The notes beneath the pieces were generated by a model. That model did not search any database, was not told the DNA's origin, and saw only the letters and a program-made list of their open reading frames with translations. From Thecamonas trahens ATCC 50062 (taxonomy: Eukaryota; Protista; Apusomonadida), in the NCBI RefSeq assembly GCF_000142905.1, contig NW_013657624.1, positions 1-64,000 on the forward strand: DNA of 64,000 bases, read 5' to 3'. The stretch's first letter is position 1. Every line of letters starts with the position of its first letter. The translations under genes were made by a program, and so were the position numbers. This document shows, piece after piece, positions 11,500 to 22,568 of the stretch.

Positions 11500-11985
11500 G
11501 GAGGCCTCGCCACCGAGAGGAGTGACAAGCTGGTACGTGAGGCCGCTGCTGCGAGTGGCGGGTGAGGGAGCGAGAGGTGCGGGAACGGACAACGGGCAAA
11601 TTGGTGACTCCACGCCAACATGTTGTGTGACCGCATCGTCAGCACAGCGTCATTGTGGGGTGGGGATGAGTAAAGAGAGGTGATGGATGGACAAAGTACT
11701 CTGTTGTGATGCTCGCTACGCGGTGGCGGTGGCGGTGGCTGTTCTCCGGCAGATACTGCGTGGCCGTACACAGCGTGACAGGGAGGCCGACCTGCCGATC
11801 GCTGTGTCAGCCACAGCCAGCCGACCCACTGTCGTGGCATCGCCTCGTTGCCCACATGTGCTGCGATCGAATGTCAATGCGGGTGATGCGGTCGTGCGCG
11901 CGGCTGCGAGTCAGAGAGACAGGGGCGGTGGGCACTGCCACCCCACGCAACTACCATACACCACATGTCGGGCCAAGGGACAGCC

Positions 11986-12687
11986 ATGCTTGCGGTGGCA
12001 CAGGCGGTGCCATGGGAGACTGCGCTGATGACAACGGCTGTCTGTGGAGCGCTGTTGGTTCTCGGCGAGCGCGTCGACTCGCAGCTTGCCAGGTGGGCTT
12101 TCAAGCCGGTCGCCTCGCTTGGCTTTATCGCTGCCGCACTCGCTGCCCACACCTCTGTCTTTGGTGCATATCATGATTTATGGGATGTGTTCGAGGCTGA
12201 TGATCCTGCTTCGGCCATTGTCATTGGTCTGCTTCTCTCCTGGTGGGGCGATGTCTTGCTCATTCCCTCCTCAGAGATTGTCTTCAAGTCGGGCATCCTC
12301 GCCTTTCTCCTCGGCCACCTCGCCTACTCGGTCGCTTTTCTTCGCATGGGTGTTGATGCCCGTGGCTGCGGCTTTGCCGTCCTGCCTGTCATTCCCTTTG
12401 CTTACATCGTTCTTTGCTGGTTGATGCCTGATGTACCGTCAGACATGGTTGCCCCGGTCATCGCCTACATCCTGGTCATCTGCTCCATGGTCGTCCTCTC
12501 GGTCGGCGCCTACGCTGCTGGTGCCGACGAGCTCTTCCCCATCGGTGCCATCGCATTTCTTTTCTCGGACCTCTTTGTCGCCCGCGAGCGCTTTGTCGCC
12601 CCAGGCTTTGTCAATCGTGCCATCGGCCTCCCGCTCTACTACGGCTCGCAGCTCATCCTAGCCGCCGCCATCTACCGCCTTGTCTAA
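11986..12687 (+). CDS. YhhN/TMEM86 lysoplasmalogenase-family membrane protein
   Basis: Multi-TM protein with FKP, GDVLL, FLLGHLAYS, FLFSD..A..RF and LYYGSQ motifs typical of YhhN. Confidence 0.85.
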   Translation: MLAVAQAVPWETALMTTAVCGALLVLGERVDSQLARWAFKPVASLGFIAAALAAHTSVFGAYHDLWDVFEADDPASAIVIGLLLSWWGDVLLIPSSEIVFKSGILAFLLGHLAYSVAFLRMGVDARGCGFAVLPVIPFAYIVLCWLMPDVPSDMVAPVIAYILVICSMVVLSVGAYAAGADELFPIGAIAFLFSDLFVARERFVAPGFVNRAIGLPLYYGSQLILAAAIYRLV

Positions 12688-12955
12688 CAACTTGCCCAAA
12701 GCTCGATCCAGCACAGCCCGGCCCTACCCGGCCCAACTCGCCCCAGCACAGCACGATGTAGTCCACCCCCCTCCCTCCATCCCCCGTCCCCCTTTCCCCT
12801 CCCTTTCCCCTCCTCCCGATCAATCCCCCATCGCAAATGGTCATCCTTGTCGCCAAACCAGCGGCAAAGGCCAACCAAGTGCGACTCGGACGACGACCAA
12901 CCACCGCCACGACAGCACTTGACCCACCCCACCCCACCCCACCCCACCCCTACCC

Positions 12956-13385
12956 ATGGCCACCTTTGCACGAGACGGGACCGAGTACCCCATAGTCCTC
13001 GGCGAGACGTTCACCAAAGGCACCGACAAGGCGTCGGTCATCAAGTGTATGCCCCCTCCGCCCCTTCCCACCAGGACAGCGTGGCGCAGTAGACTCACTC
13101 CCTCCCCTCCCCACGCTTCCATACTCATGATGAATGGCTGTGATGACAGATGGTTTTGTTCCGCAATCGCTCGATCGCACGCGTCCGGCAGAATTGAGTG
13201 TGGATGGCAAGGCGGCTCGTCTAGTGGCGAAGAAGAAGGACTCGGAGGAGGAGGAGTACTCGTTTGTCGGGCCTGTCACCTCGTCGACATCGGCGGCAGA
13301 CGTCGTCTTTTGGTTTGATGCAGACAATGAGAGATTCGTGGCCGAGCTCGTCGGCTCGTACATGCCCATGAAGCTCAAATCGTAA
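12956..13385 (+). CDS. EAF: ELL-associated factor (EAF domain) protein, 2 exons (intron 13047-13149)
   Basis: Removing the GTATGC...CAG intron gives YPIVLGETF...VIKYGFVPQSLD...YSFVG...DVVFWFD...FVAE, matching the EAF pattern (LGESF...IRYDFKPASID...FKG...DCVLI...YVLE). Confidence 0.75.
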
Positions 13386-13459
13386 TTGGCCTGCCATCCC
13401 CTCTCTCGTCATGCGTGTGGCGGTGCCCATCAGCCGCCCGCGAGCTTATCGCGGCTGGA

Positions 13460-14380
13460 TCAACGCCGCCGAGGCGTAGTGCGGCGATTGGCTCCTCGTG
13501 GACTCGGCCCTATGATGGCATCGAGGCGGGCAGCAAGCGGGGCGGTCTCAGCGGCATAGTTGCGCGGACGGGAGTCAAGGGCACGGACCTGCTCCTGTGC
13601 AAACGCGAGGAGTGACGACGAGCCACGCCGCGTCGATGACGGCGACGGCATCCCCGACGTGCCGAGCGAGATGGAGCGGCTGCTGCTAGAGACTCCTCCC
13701 GCAGACGCCGAGGTGAGCGGGCGCGAGCTGGTCGACCGCGGTGTCGACGCCGCCGACGACGAGCCTGGCGACGGTGAGGCGCGGTGGACGGCGAGCGATG
13801 CCCGCCGGTCGGTAATGTCTAGCGAGACCATCGACCGCGAGCCGCCGAGCGACCGTCGCCGCGGCTCGCTATGCAGCGAGCGGCTCGAGATAAGCGAGTC
13901 TGTCGAGTCGCGCCTCGCCAACGGGCGCGGCTGGACACTTGCGGCGCGAGCTGTCGAGCGCGACCGCGACCGCGACGATGATCTGGACCGCGACCTCGAG
14001 TGCGACGAGTGATAGCCCGAGGCCGAGGCATGGCCATCGCTGGTCTCGCCGTCGGCGCCATAGTACGAGCGCGACTTGACGTTGATCGTCGCATCCGATG
14101 GTGGGAGCACCAAACACGCAAACTGAGCTGGCGACATGACAGCGGTAGATGATGATCTGGGCATGGCTCGGCCCGAACCACCCCTCGCTCTTGCTCCCGG
14201 GCGAGGTGAGAGGAGAGCAGCGACCGAGTCGGCCACCCGAGTCTCTGTGATGGAATCCAGCGATTCCGGCGGAGGTGATGGTGATCTCCTTGCTGAGAGA
14301 GATCTTGCCGCCGACGGCGACCGTGATCTCGAGCGAAGGCTCAATCGGCCTACGCCAAACGATGTATCTCCCCACTCCAT
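13460..14380 (-). CDS. Hypothetical Ser/Arg-rich disordered protein
   Basis: 306-aa ATG-initiated ORF convergent with EAF; no recognisable domain. Confidence 0.45.
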   Translation of the reverse strand: MEWGDTSFGVGRLSLRSRSRSPSAARSLSARRSPSPPPESLDSITETRVADSVAALLSPRPGARARGGSGRAMPRSSSTAVMSPAQFACLVLPPSDATINVKSRSYYGADGETSDGHASASGYHSSHSRSRSRSSSRSRSRSTARAASVQPRPLARRDSTDSLISSRSLHSEPRRRSLGGSRSMVSLDITDRRASLAVHRASPSPGSSSAASTPRSTSSRPLTSASAGGVSSSSRSISLGTSGMPSPSSTRRGSSSLLAFAQEQVRALDSRPRNYAAETAPLAARLDAIIGPSPRGANRRTTPRRR

Positions 14381-14791
14381 CCTGATGCGCTCGCGGTAGC
14401 CAACGAGCCAACCGAGCAGCTGACCAAGTAACCGACCGAATCACCAACCAAGCAACCAGCCGACCGACACGAGCCAGCGATCCGGGTCGACGAGGTAGCC
14501 CACCCACCGCTCAACCGATCTGGTGATCGATACAAAGGAGTTAAAGATAGACGGGGAGGGGGATAGCCCTCACGAGAGAAAGAAGGAGGGGCGAGAGAGA
14601 GAGAGATAGATAGAGAAAGAGGGAGGGAGAGCTCGCGTTTGTGCGCAAGTCGTCTGAGAAACCGACAAAGACTTGCGGGTGAGCGAGCGGGTGGGGTGGG
14701 CGGGCCGGGCCGGCGGGCGGGCCGACGCAGACCGAGACCAAACCAACAACCGACAAACAGGTTCGGCCACACACACACGCCAACGCAGCCA

Positions 14792-14854
<63 letters not shown>
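14792..14854. repeat. (CAGACG)n hexamer microsatellite, about 10 copies
   Basis: Directly visible tandem repeat. Confidence 0.9.
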
Positions 14855-15054
14855 CTACTCCGAGTGAGAACGAGGCGGGAAGGGGGGGGGAGGGAACTTT
14901 GGGGGAGGGGAGGGGGGGGGAGGGGGGAGGGGAGGGGGGGAGGTGGGGTGCTCGCTCACCCGTTTGCCTGCCTCGGCCCGTGGCAGGTGACCGACGGCCG
15001 CCGATGACTGGTGGCTGGCGGATCACGCCGCTCGGGTAAGCCATTCATGCCATT

Positions 15055-16568
15055 TTACCGCATGTGCTCGGGGAGATAGACGTCGAGTGCCTTGTTGACC
15101 GTCTCGTACGCCCAAAAGGCAATGGCTGATCCGAGCGGCGACTTGATGAGGTTGGCCTTGAGGCCGGAGAAGAGCGAGAGAACGCCGCGCCGTTTGCTGA
15201 CCTTGACCAGGACGTCGGTAAGGCCTGTGTATTGCACGGGGCGGCCGCCGGTGCCCTGCATCTGGAGCTTACGGCGGGCAAGCTCGAGCGGAAAGGCGGC
15301 AGTGGTCGAGGCGATGCCTGCCACAGCGCCGATGCCGAGGCCAACCATGGGCCCGGCCTTGGACGCTTCGTCCGTCGCCACGTGCTCGTTGTAGGCGGCC
15401 TTGAGCGTGTCAAAGGTCCAGAACGAGGTGGCATAGTAGACCGTCGCCCACACGTTGGCCGGGCCGATGCCCTTGTATAGCGCCGCCACGCCTCGGCCCG
15501 CCCGATCTTGGTGAGCGCGTCAAACATGCCGTTGTAGAGGCCCGGCGTGGTGGTGATGCGACCGCGGGCCAAGTCCAGCGGGTAGATGGCCGACATGCAT
15601 GTCGCGCCTGCCGCCATCGACGCGAGCGCGAGCTGCAGCGAGTTGGGTGACGAGCCGCCAAAGAGCTCCTTAAAAAAGTCCTTGGCCACAAAGGCGACTG
15701 CGCCTTGCGGCACAATGCGGATCATGTTCACCGTGTTGCCGCGCCAGTAGCCGGCAAGACCCTCGGCTCGGTAGATGGAGCGGAAGCAGTCCCACGTGCC
15801 CTTGTACTTTGTCGAGTCGACAATCATCTGCATCCGCAGCCGCTCCAGCGGCGCCACACAGAACCGTGAGAAGCCGAGCGCAAAGCCACCGTTGATCGCC
15901 GTGTACGCCTTGTTGCGCGACGCCGGGCCGGTCGCCGCGGCGCTCCGCCCGGAGCCCATCCCGGCAAACTCCTCGTGCGAGACCGTGAGCCACTGATCGG
16001 CGAGTGGCGTAAAGTCGAGGAAGCGGCCCGTCGGCGAGACAAGGACCATAAAGTCGCGAAACTCGTGCCACTCGATCTTGCCGTTGGGTGGGACCTTGGC
16101 GCCGACGCCCGACGGCTTGTCGATCTTGGCAATCATGGCCCGCACATCGTCCTCGGTCGGCTCGAGCCGGAGCACCTTGAGCGCCGCCCGCAGCTCATGC
16201 CGGTTGATCGAGCCCGAGCCCGACGCGTCCATGTCCTCAAACAAGTGCCTCATGTATCTCAGCCGGGCCATGGCATACGCCACAAACTCGTCCTCGGTCA
16301 GATACGCTCCAGCCTTTGGTCTCGCCGCGCGAAACACGTCATCCGCCCGATGTTCCGGAAGTCCCCATTCCTCAAGCTTCCGCCTCAGATCGCTGTTGCT
16401 CACTCGCCCCTCGCTTCCGGCGAGCTCTGCAAAGAGCGCTCGGACGCCAGTCTCATCGCCTGCCGTGCACTTTGTGCACGGATGCCCGCTCTGTCCGCAG
16501 AGCCAGCACGCATGCGGGCAGCTGACTGCCTTGTGCCTCTCTCCGCAGTTGTAGCAGCTCAGGGGCAT
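15055..16568 (-). CDS. Calcium-binding mitochondrial carrier (SCaMC/SLC25A23-25-like) with N-terminal CCHC zinc knuckles; frameshift at about 15490
   Basis: EF-hands (DASGSGSINRHE etc.) and three PxD/ExxR carrier signatures (PLERLR, PLDLAR, PLELAR). Adding one G restores AEGVAALYKG and joins ORF 15055-15489. Confidence 0.85.
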
Positions 16569-16780
16569 GTCTCTTATGCCAGTGTCAGAGGAGTGTCCCA
16601 CCGGCTTCCCGTCTCGTCGCCCTCTCCTCGCAGCCAATCGAGTTGGCCTCGGCTGGCCACGGCGGGTGCGGCGAGCGACCCACCGTGACGTCACCCCTGC
16701 CTCACAACTACAATATTTTGGTCGTCGTCACCTCCCACCCCCCACCCCCCCCCCCCCTTACTCCCCAATCAGCTGCCGGG

Positions 16781-17886
16781 TCACGGTCCATGTTTCTCGG
16801 CATGACGCGCGCGAGCGTAGACGGTGGCGCGCGAAGCAAAGACAATGTAGCAGGCGAGAGCGCCGAGATGAGCCAAGGCGCAGATCCAAAAGACGGTGGT
16901 GACTGGCATGTGCTTGACCTTGATGAGCACGATGAGGACAAAGGCGTTGAGCGGAATGCGGAAGAGGTTCATCATGGTCGACCGGGTTGCTTCTGGAATG
17001 TGCGCCGAGCGCAGCGTACCATACGTGGGAAAGAACATGCCGCACGCCACCTCAAAGCCACAAAACGCGAGGTAGACCAGCGGCTTGGCGTCAAAGAATG
17101 CAGGGACGGAGAGCATGCTCCCAATGGCGGCGCCATGCAGGAGAAGCGGGAGCGGGAGCGTCGATGCGTCAACCACGTTGAACAGCGCCGAGCCAATCAT
17201 GATGCACACCATGTAAACGGCAAAGATGACCCCGTACGGCAGAACGTCGCGGGTCTCTTCGGTGGCCAGCGCCGGCGACCACATGAACACAAAGGTGTAC
17301 ATGCCGCCCTCAAAGAGGGCCTGGGCGAGGCCGAGACACACCAGATGTGGCGCGGCAGCGAGGACGCCCACCGCCCGCCGCAGCGACTCGCTCACCTCGA
17401 TGGTAGCGTCGCCGTAGTTCTCGTTCCACGTCCGGCTCACAATGCCGGCAAGCACCGCCAGCGGAACGAGCGCGAGCACAAACGGCGCCACGTAGCCAAA
17501 GGTCGATGCGGCCGCCATTGCCACCAGTCCGGCGGCGACCGCCACAAGCCCATTGCCTGTGGTGGCTCGCGAAAAGGTCTGGCTCAGCAGTGCCGGAGGA
17601 TATCCGCGCGCGTTGTGCTCGCACACCATCCAAGCCTCAAAGACCGAGAACAGCAGCGATGTGGCCACGCCCGACAGGATGCGGCCGATCATAAGAACCG
17701 AGAACGACGCCGAGACCTTGGTCAGACCGGCGACTGCGTAGCACGCTGCAAACACCAGTGCCATCTTCTTCCTCCCTAGCGAGTCTGCCAGGGCCCCCGC
17801 CACCGTTCCTGCCACCATCGACGCCCCGAACCCTCCGATGAACAGCAGCGCAATGTCACCTGTCAGCGGCCATCACCATAAGTCCT

Positions 17887-17932
<46 letters not shown>

Positions 17933-18414
17933 TGCACATGCACACGCATGTGCGCGCAAGCCCAGCCCAACCCCAACCCCAACCCCAACCCCAACCCCAA
18001 CCCCAACCCCAACCCCAACCCCAACCCCAACCCCAACCACCACCACCACCGCCATCACGACCCCCATCCCCACCCACGTGACCTACCCTTGGAGAAGCCA
18101 TACGACTCGTACAGGACATACACATACGGACCCTTGAGCCAATCCACAAACATGGCCAACAGATATACAACAAGATAGTTGCGCTGAAAGGCAGCAAAGC
18201 CAGCAGGCACCTCGACCTCAGCCATGCCATTCCCCTTGTCCTTGCCCATCCCTATCCCCGTCGCCATCCCCGTCCCAGTCCCCGTCCCCGTCCCGGTCTC
18301 CTCTGCCTCGTCCGCTATGCTGCTGCCCGTGACTCCCTCCTTCCGCCCAGACCACTGCAGCCCGCCCCACACACCGCTGGCAACCACAAACGAGCCCCAA
18401 TATAGCCCACCCAT
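16781..18414 (-). CDS. MFSD5: MFSD5 / molybdate-anion transporter family (MFS), 2 exons (intron 17860-18086)
   Basis: FQRNYLVVYLLAMFVDWLKGPYVY.LY, then GRILSGVATSLLFSVFEAWMV and FEGGMYTFVFMW. A GT...AG intron joins GFSKG|DIALLF in frame. Confidence 0.85.
17971..18036. repeat. (CCCCAA)11 hexamer tract next to a (CA)n microsatellite, inside the MFSD5 intron
   Basis: Directly visible; the (CA)n run is at about 17889-17927. Confidence 0.9.
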
Positions 18415-18808
18415 GAAGTAGCCCCTCGCCCACACGCTGCGACGAGTGCTGTTCACTGGCAGGCTCACGCCTGTGACACGGCCGCCAACGAGCTGGCCTT
18501 GTCACTGCGAACAGGCCACCCAAGCACATCACCCCACCTCACCTTGCTTTCTATGCAGCGCATGACGCATCGCCAGCTACGTTTGTTTCAACGTTCAACA
18601 GCAGGCAACAACTTGGCAGGATCCACATATTCGCCGTGATTGGCTACAAATTGGCCGTCGTTGACATGTAGGGACGTAAAAAACGTCGGATGAGTGCTGG
18701 ACACTCCTCCGGGACCCCAACCGGGCACCGTCTCACTCACCTAACTCCCAACCAGCACATCGGCACCGCCAGCACACCACCTCCCCCAACATCTACGGTC
18801 GCCGCGCT

Positions 18809-21800
18809 ATGCTTCTTGATGCCCTTCCTCCGCCAAACTACCGCTCTGTCCGCCGTGTGCCGCGCCATCGGCATCTGCGGGACCGCCACCACCGTTTTGT
18901 TCCTCCGGTCGCCGTCACCTCTTTGGCCGAGCTCCTCGTCGTGATCACCTTTTTCGTCACAGCCTTGCCACGCCGCACCACAGCCGCCACGCCCACCACT
19001 ATCACCGGCAGCATCACAAGCGATGCCTTTGTCGCTCAACAGAATGCTGCAACAGGCGCCATGGGCCACTCGCCCAATCACATCAACCTTTATGCTTCTG
19101 GCGAGGAAGTTGCCGCACTCAATTTTCTCCTCTCTGCACCCGTCACCTCCTCGACCGGCGCCATCCACATCACCCACGCCGACCTGGCATTCAACGAGCT
19201 CGAGGGATCGTCTGCAATCTCCATTGCACTCGCCTACTATACCCTCTCGACATCGATCAAACCTTTTGACTTTTCTGTCGCCTATTGGCAGGCCAACTAC
19301 CGCCTCGACTCGACCCCGCATTCGACCCCATACATCGTCTCGTCCGTAAGCCCTGCCCCGGTCGCTCCGCTCACCATCGCCTCATCGGCCATCGTAGACT
19401 TGCTTCACTCGGCCTGGACAGACAACGCCTTTTCTGTAGGTCGTCTTCTCCTTCGGCTCGCTGCTGTCGACACCTCCCAGTGCTCTGGCAACAGCTGCCG
19501 CCTGGACATGCGCGATCCCGATCCATCGCTCTCCTTCATCTACTACGAGGTATGCCCCTCGTTTACCCTTTTCAATGGTTCTGTCGCCCCCCATCACCTG
19601 ACAGGCGGTTCCTTTGCCCCGGTTGGTGGTCATCTCGCCCTCTCCTGCCCGCCTCACCTCACCCTCTACGCTGCAAACACGGCCGGCAACATCACCTGCT
19701 CCTCGGACGGATCCTACTCTCCGCCCAACCCGTACTGCGGCCCGCCGCCAAGCCCTCCGCCTCCTCCATTTCCGCCACCGTCGTTCCCACCGCCGCCTTT
19801 CACACAGCCGCCATCGCCGCCATCGCCGCCACCGCCATTCCCGCCGCCGCCGCCCTGCGCCCCGCCGGCCTCTCTCGACTCATGCGGCGTTTGCTCCGGC
19901 CCGGGCACCGGCCACGTCGCCGACTCGGATCGCGATGTTTGCGGTATTTGCTTCGGCGACAACGCCGCGCTCGATGATTGTGGCGTTTGCTTTGGCGGCG
20001 ATGCTGCCAAAGACGGCTGTGGCATGTGCTACGGGAACAACGCGAGCTGTGCCGGATGTGATGGCATCCCGTACTCGGGCACGACCCCAGACATCTGCGG
20101 AGTGTGCGGCGGCGATGGCTTGGCCTGCTCTGGCTGCAACTTTATTCCAATCCCGCTGGGCGGCGTTTGGTTCGACGGATGCGGCGTGTGTGGCGGGCCG
20201 TCAGGCATCTCGGCGTGCGCGACGTCATGCCTGGCCAACGGGACTGCCGTCTACGACTGCTTTGGCGTTTGCAACGGCACCGCATACATCGACGACTGTG
20301 GCATGTGCGTCGAGGGCTCGACGCCGAACATGCCGAATGCGTTCAAGGACAGCTGTGGCGATTGCTTTGGCGGCGATCGTGCTCGCGACGTGTGCGGCGA
20401 GTGTCACGGCAACAACGCGCGTCGTGACGCCTGCGGCATCTGTGACGGCGGCGATGTGCATGTCGACAGCTGCGGTGTGTGCTTTGGAAGCAACCGCGAC
20501 AGTGATCTATGCGGCGTGTGCGGAGGCAACGGCACCAGCTGCGTGGGATGTGACTCTGTCGCCAACTCGAACAAGGTATTCGACGCGTGCGGCGTGTGCG
20601 GCGGGTCCGATGACTGCGCAGCTCACGCCTCCTCAAACGGCACGCCCATGCTCTTCCTCATCCTCGCTGGTCTCGGCTCGCTTCTCCTCCTTGCAAGCCT
20701 CGTCCTAGGTCTCGTCCTTTTGCCTACTGCCGCCGCCGCTCTCGCCGCATCGGCATTCTCACCTCAAAGCAGGACGCCGCGCTCGCCGCCGCGCCGGCCG
20801 GAACCGTCGTCATCCTCATCACCGACGTCGGCAGCTCGACCCGGCTATGGGAGGATCTCCACGACGTGATGGAAGGCGTCATGCTCATCCACGACGCCAT
20901 CATTCGCCCACTGCTCGATGATGCCGGTGGCTATATTGTGCGGACCGAGGGCGACTCGTTTGTTGTCGCCTTTGCTGCCGTCGACGCAAGCCGCGCGCTC
21001 CGCGCCGCCGTCGCCATCCAGGACCGACTCACCCGCGCCGACTGGCCCAAAGCGCTGCTCAAGCACCCAGCGTGTCCCACCCAAGCTGCGCCTCCGTCTC
21101 CAGACTCATTAGAATCTAATGCTCATGTCTGGCGCGGCCTCCGCGTTCGCATCGGCATCCATGCATGTGCCCCCCGTCGCGCCTTTGATGATCGTACCCA
21201 CCGCATCGCCTACACCGGTGCGTGCATGGCCCACGCCGATACCATCACCTGTGCCGCCAGTGCCGGCCAGATCGTTGTCTCACATGCCGCCATCGCTCTT
21301 CTTCCGACTCGTGTTCTTCGCGGCATTGTCTTTACTCCCTTTGGCGCTGTGTCTGTCGCCGATGACTCGGCCGTCTTTGACATCTGCAACGTCTCGTCGC
21401 CGTCGTCGGTCACCTACCTTCGGACATTCACCCGCCCAATCCAGTCGACGGCACCACCCCACACGGCACCGGCATGACGCGATCGTCATCGATCGGTGAT
21501 TTTTCCACGCCGGGTACAGACTATGCTGCTGTCCCCTTGCTCTCGCTGCAGTGTGTCATTTCACAAACGAGAACGCCATCGGTCTCATCCGCCTCGTCGT
21601 CATCCTCTTCAGCTTCACACTCGCCGCGCAATCGGTTCGTCCCCACGCCGGAAGAGCTGTCGTCAATGCGCGATCTCTCGCTCTCAGCCGCTCTCTCCTG
21701 CTCCAACATCCACTCGCACTCGTCGTTCTCAGACGCGGATGACGCCGACGTAACCCTTGCGCCCGCAGCGTCGCTGGCCAGCCTTGGCCCACCGGTCCCG

Positions 21801-22568
21801 CGCCGACATCGTCGCCGCTCGCAGCGGGCAAAGTCGGTGACAGACCACAACGAGTCCCCATCAGCAGCAGCTGGTCTGCCGGACAGCAACTCTGACCTCT
21901 CAGCCGCAGACTTGGTCAAGATGTTGCCGCCCGGCCGGGTGTCGCCGCCCAAGCCCGGCGCCAAGCCCGATCCGCCGCGCCGAAAGCGCGCTATCACCTT
22001 GGGCGACTCTTACCCCGCCCGCCCACGCCTCGCCTGCCACCTTGGCTACTCGACCGAAGCACTGACATCTATCCTCTGCTCGGTGTCGAGCTCCGACTCG
22101 CCAGATCTGAGCGGAGATGACCGCTCGCCGCCGCGCGCCGCTGTCAGGCGCTCGTCGCGCATCATGCACGCCCTCAAAGCCGCGTCGGGTTCGTCGACGC
22201 CAGGGCCACTGCCCTCGGGCCAGTCGACATCGTCACGGAACTTGAAAGCCCGTGCCCGCCGTCGACTCCGTGTCCGCCGCGTTCTCAAGCACTCGGCATC
22301 GACCATGCTTCACCCGCTCGACATCATAGTCGAGCGCGACGACAGCGATAGTGGATGCAGCCCGGCCGTGGCTACCCGCCACTCGCCGGGCCGCCGCATC
22401 CGCACCCTCAAGCGATTCCGCTCCGAAGACATCACCCCTCGTCGGATGCCGGCCCAGCAGCGTTCGCGCCGCGTGCGTCGGCTCGAGTCGACACTCAACA
22501 CCTCGCACTCGGACTCACTCACACAGGTATCGCTTTCGCCGACCTCGCCCACCGTCCCAGAAAGGTAA
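18809..22568 (+). CDS. Cys-rich single-pass receptor with class III cyclase domain (paralog C); frameshifts at about 20718 and 21435
   Basis: Three consecutive ORFs joined by -1 shifts. The repaired text FAYCRRRSRRIGIL...ILITDVGSSTRLWED...RTEGDSFVVAF...WRGLRVRIGIHA is collinear with paralog D. Confidence 0.8.
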
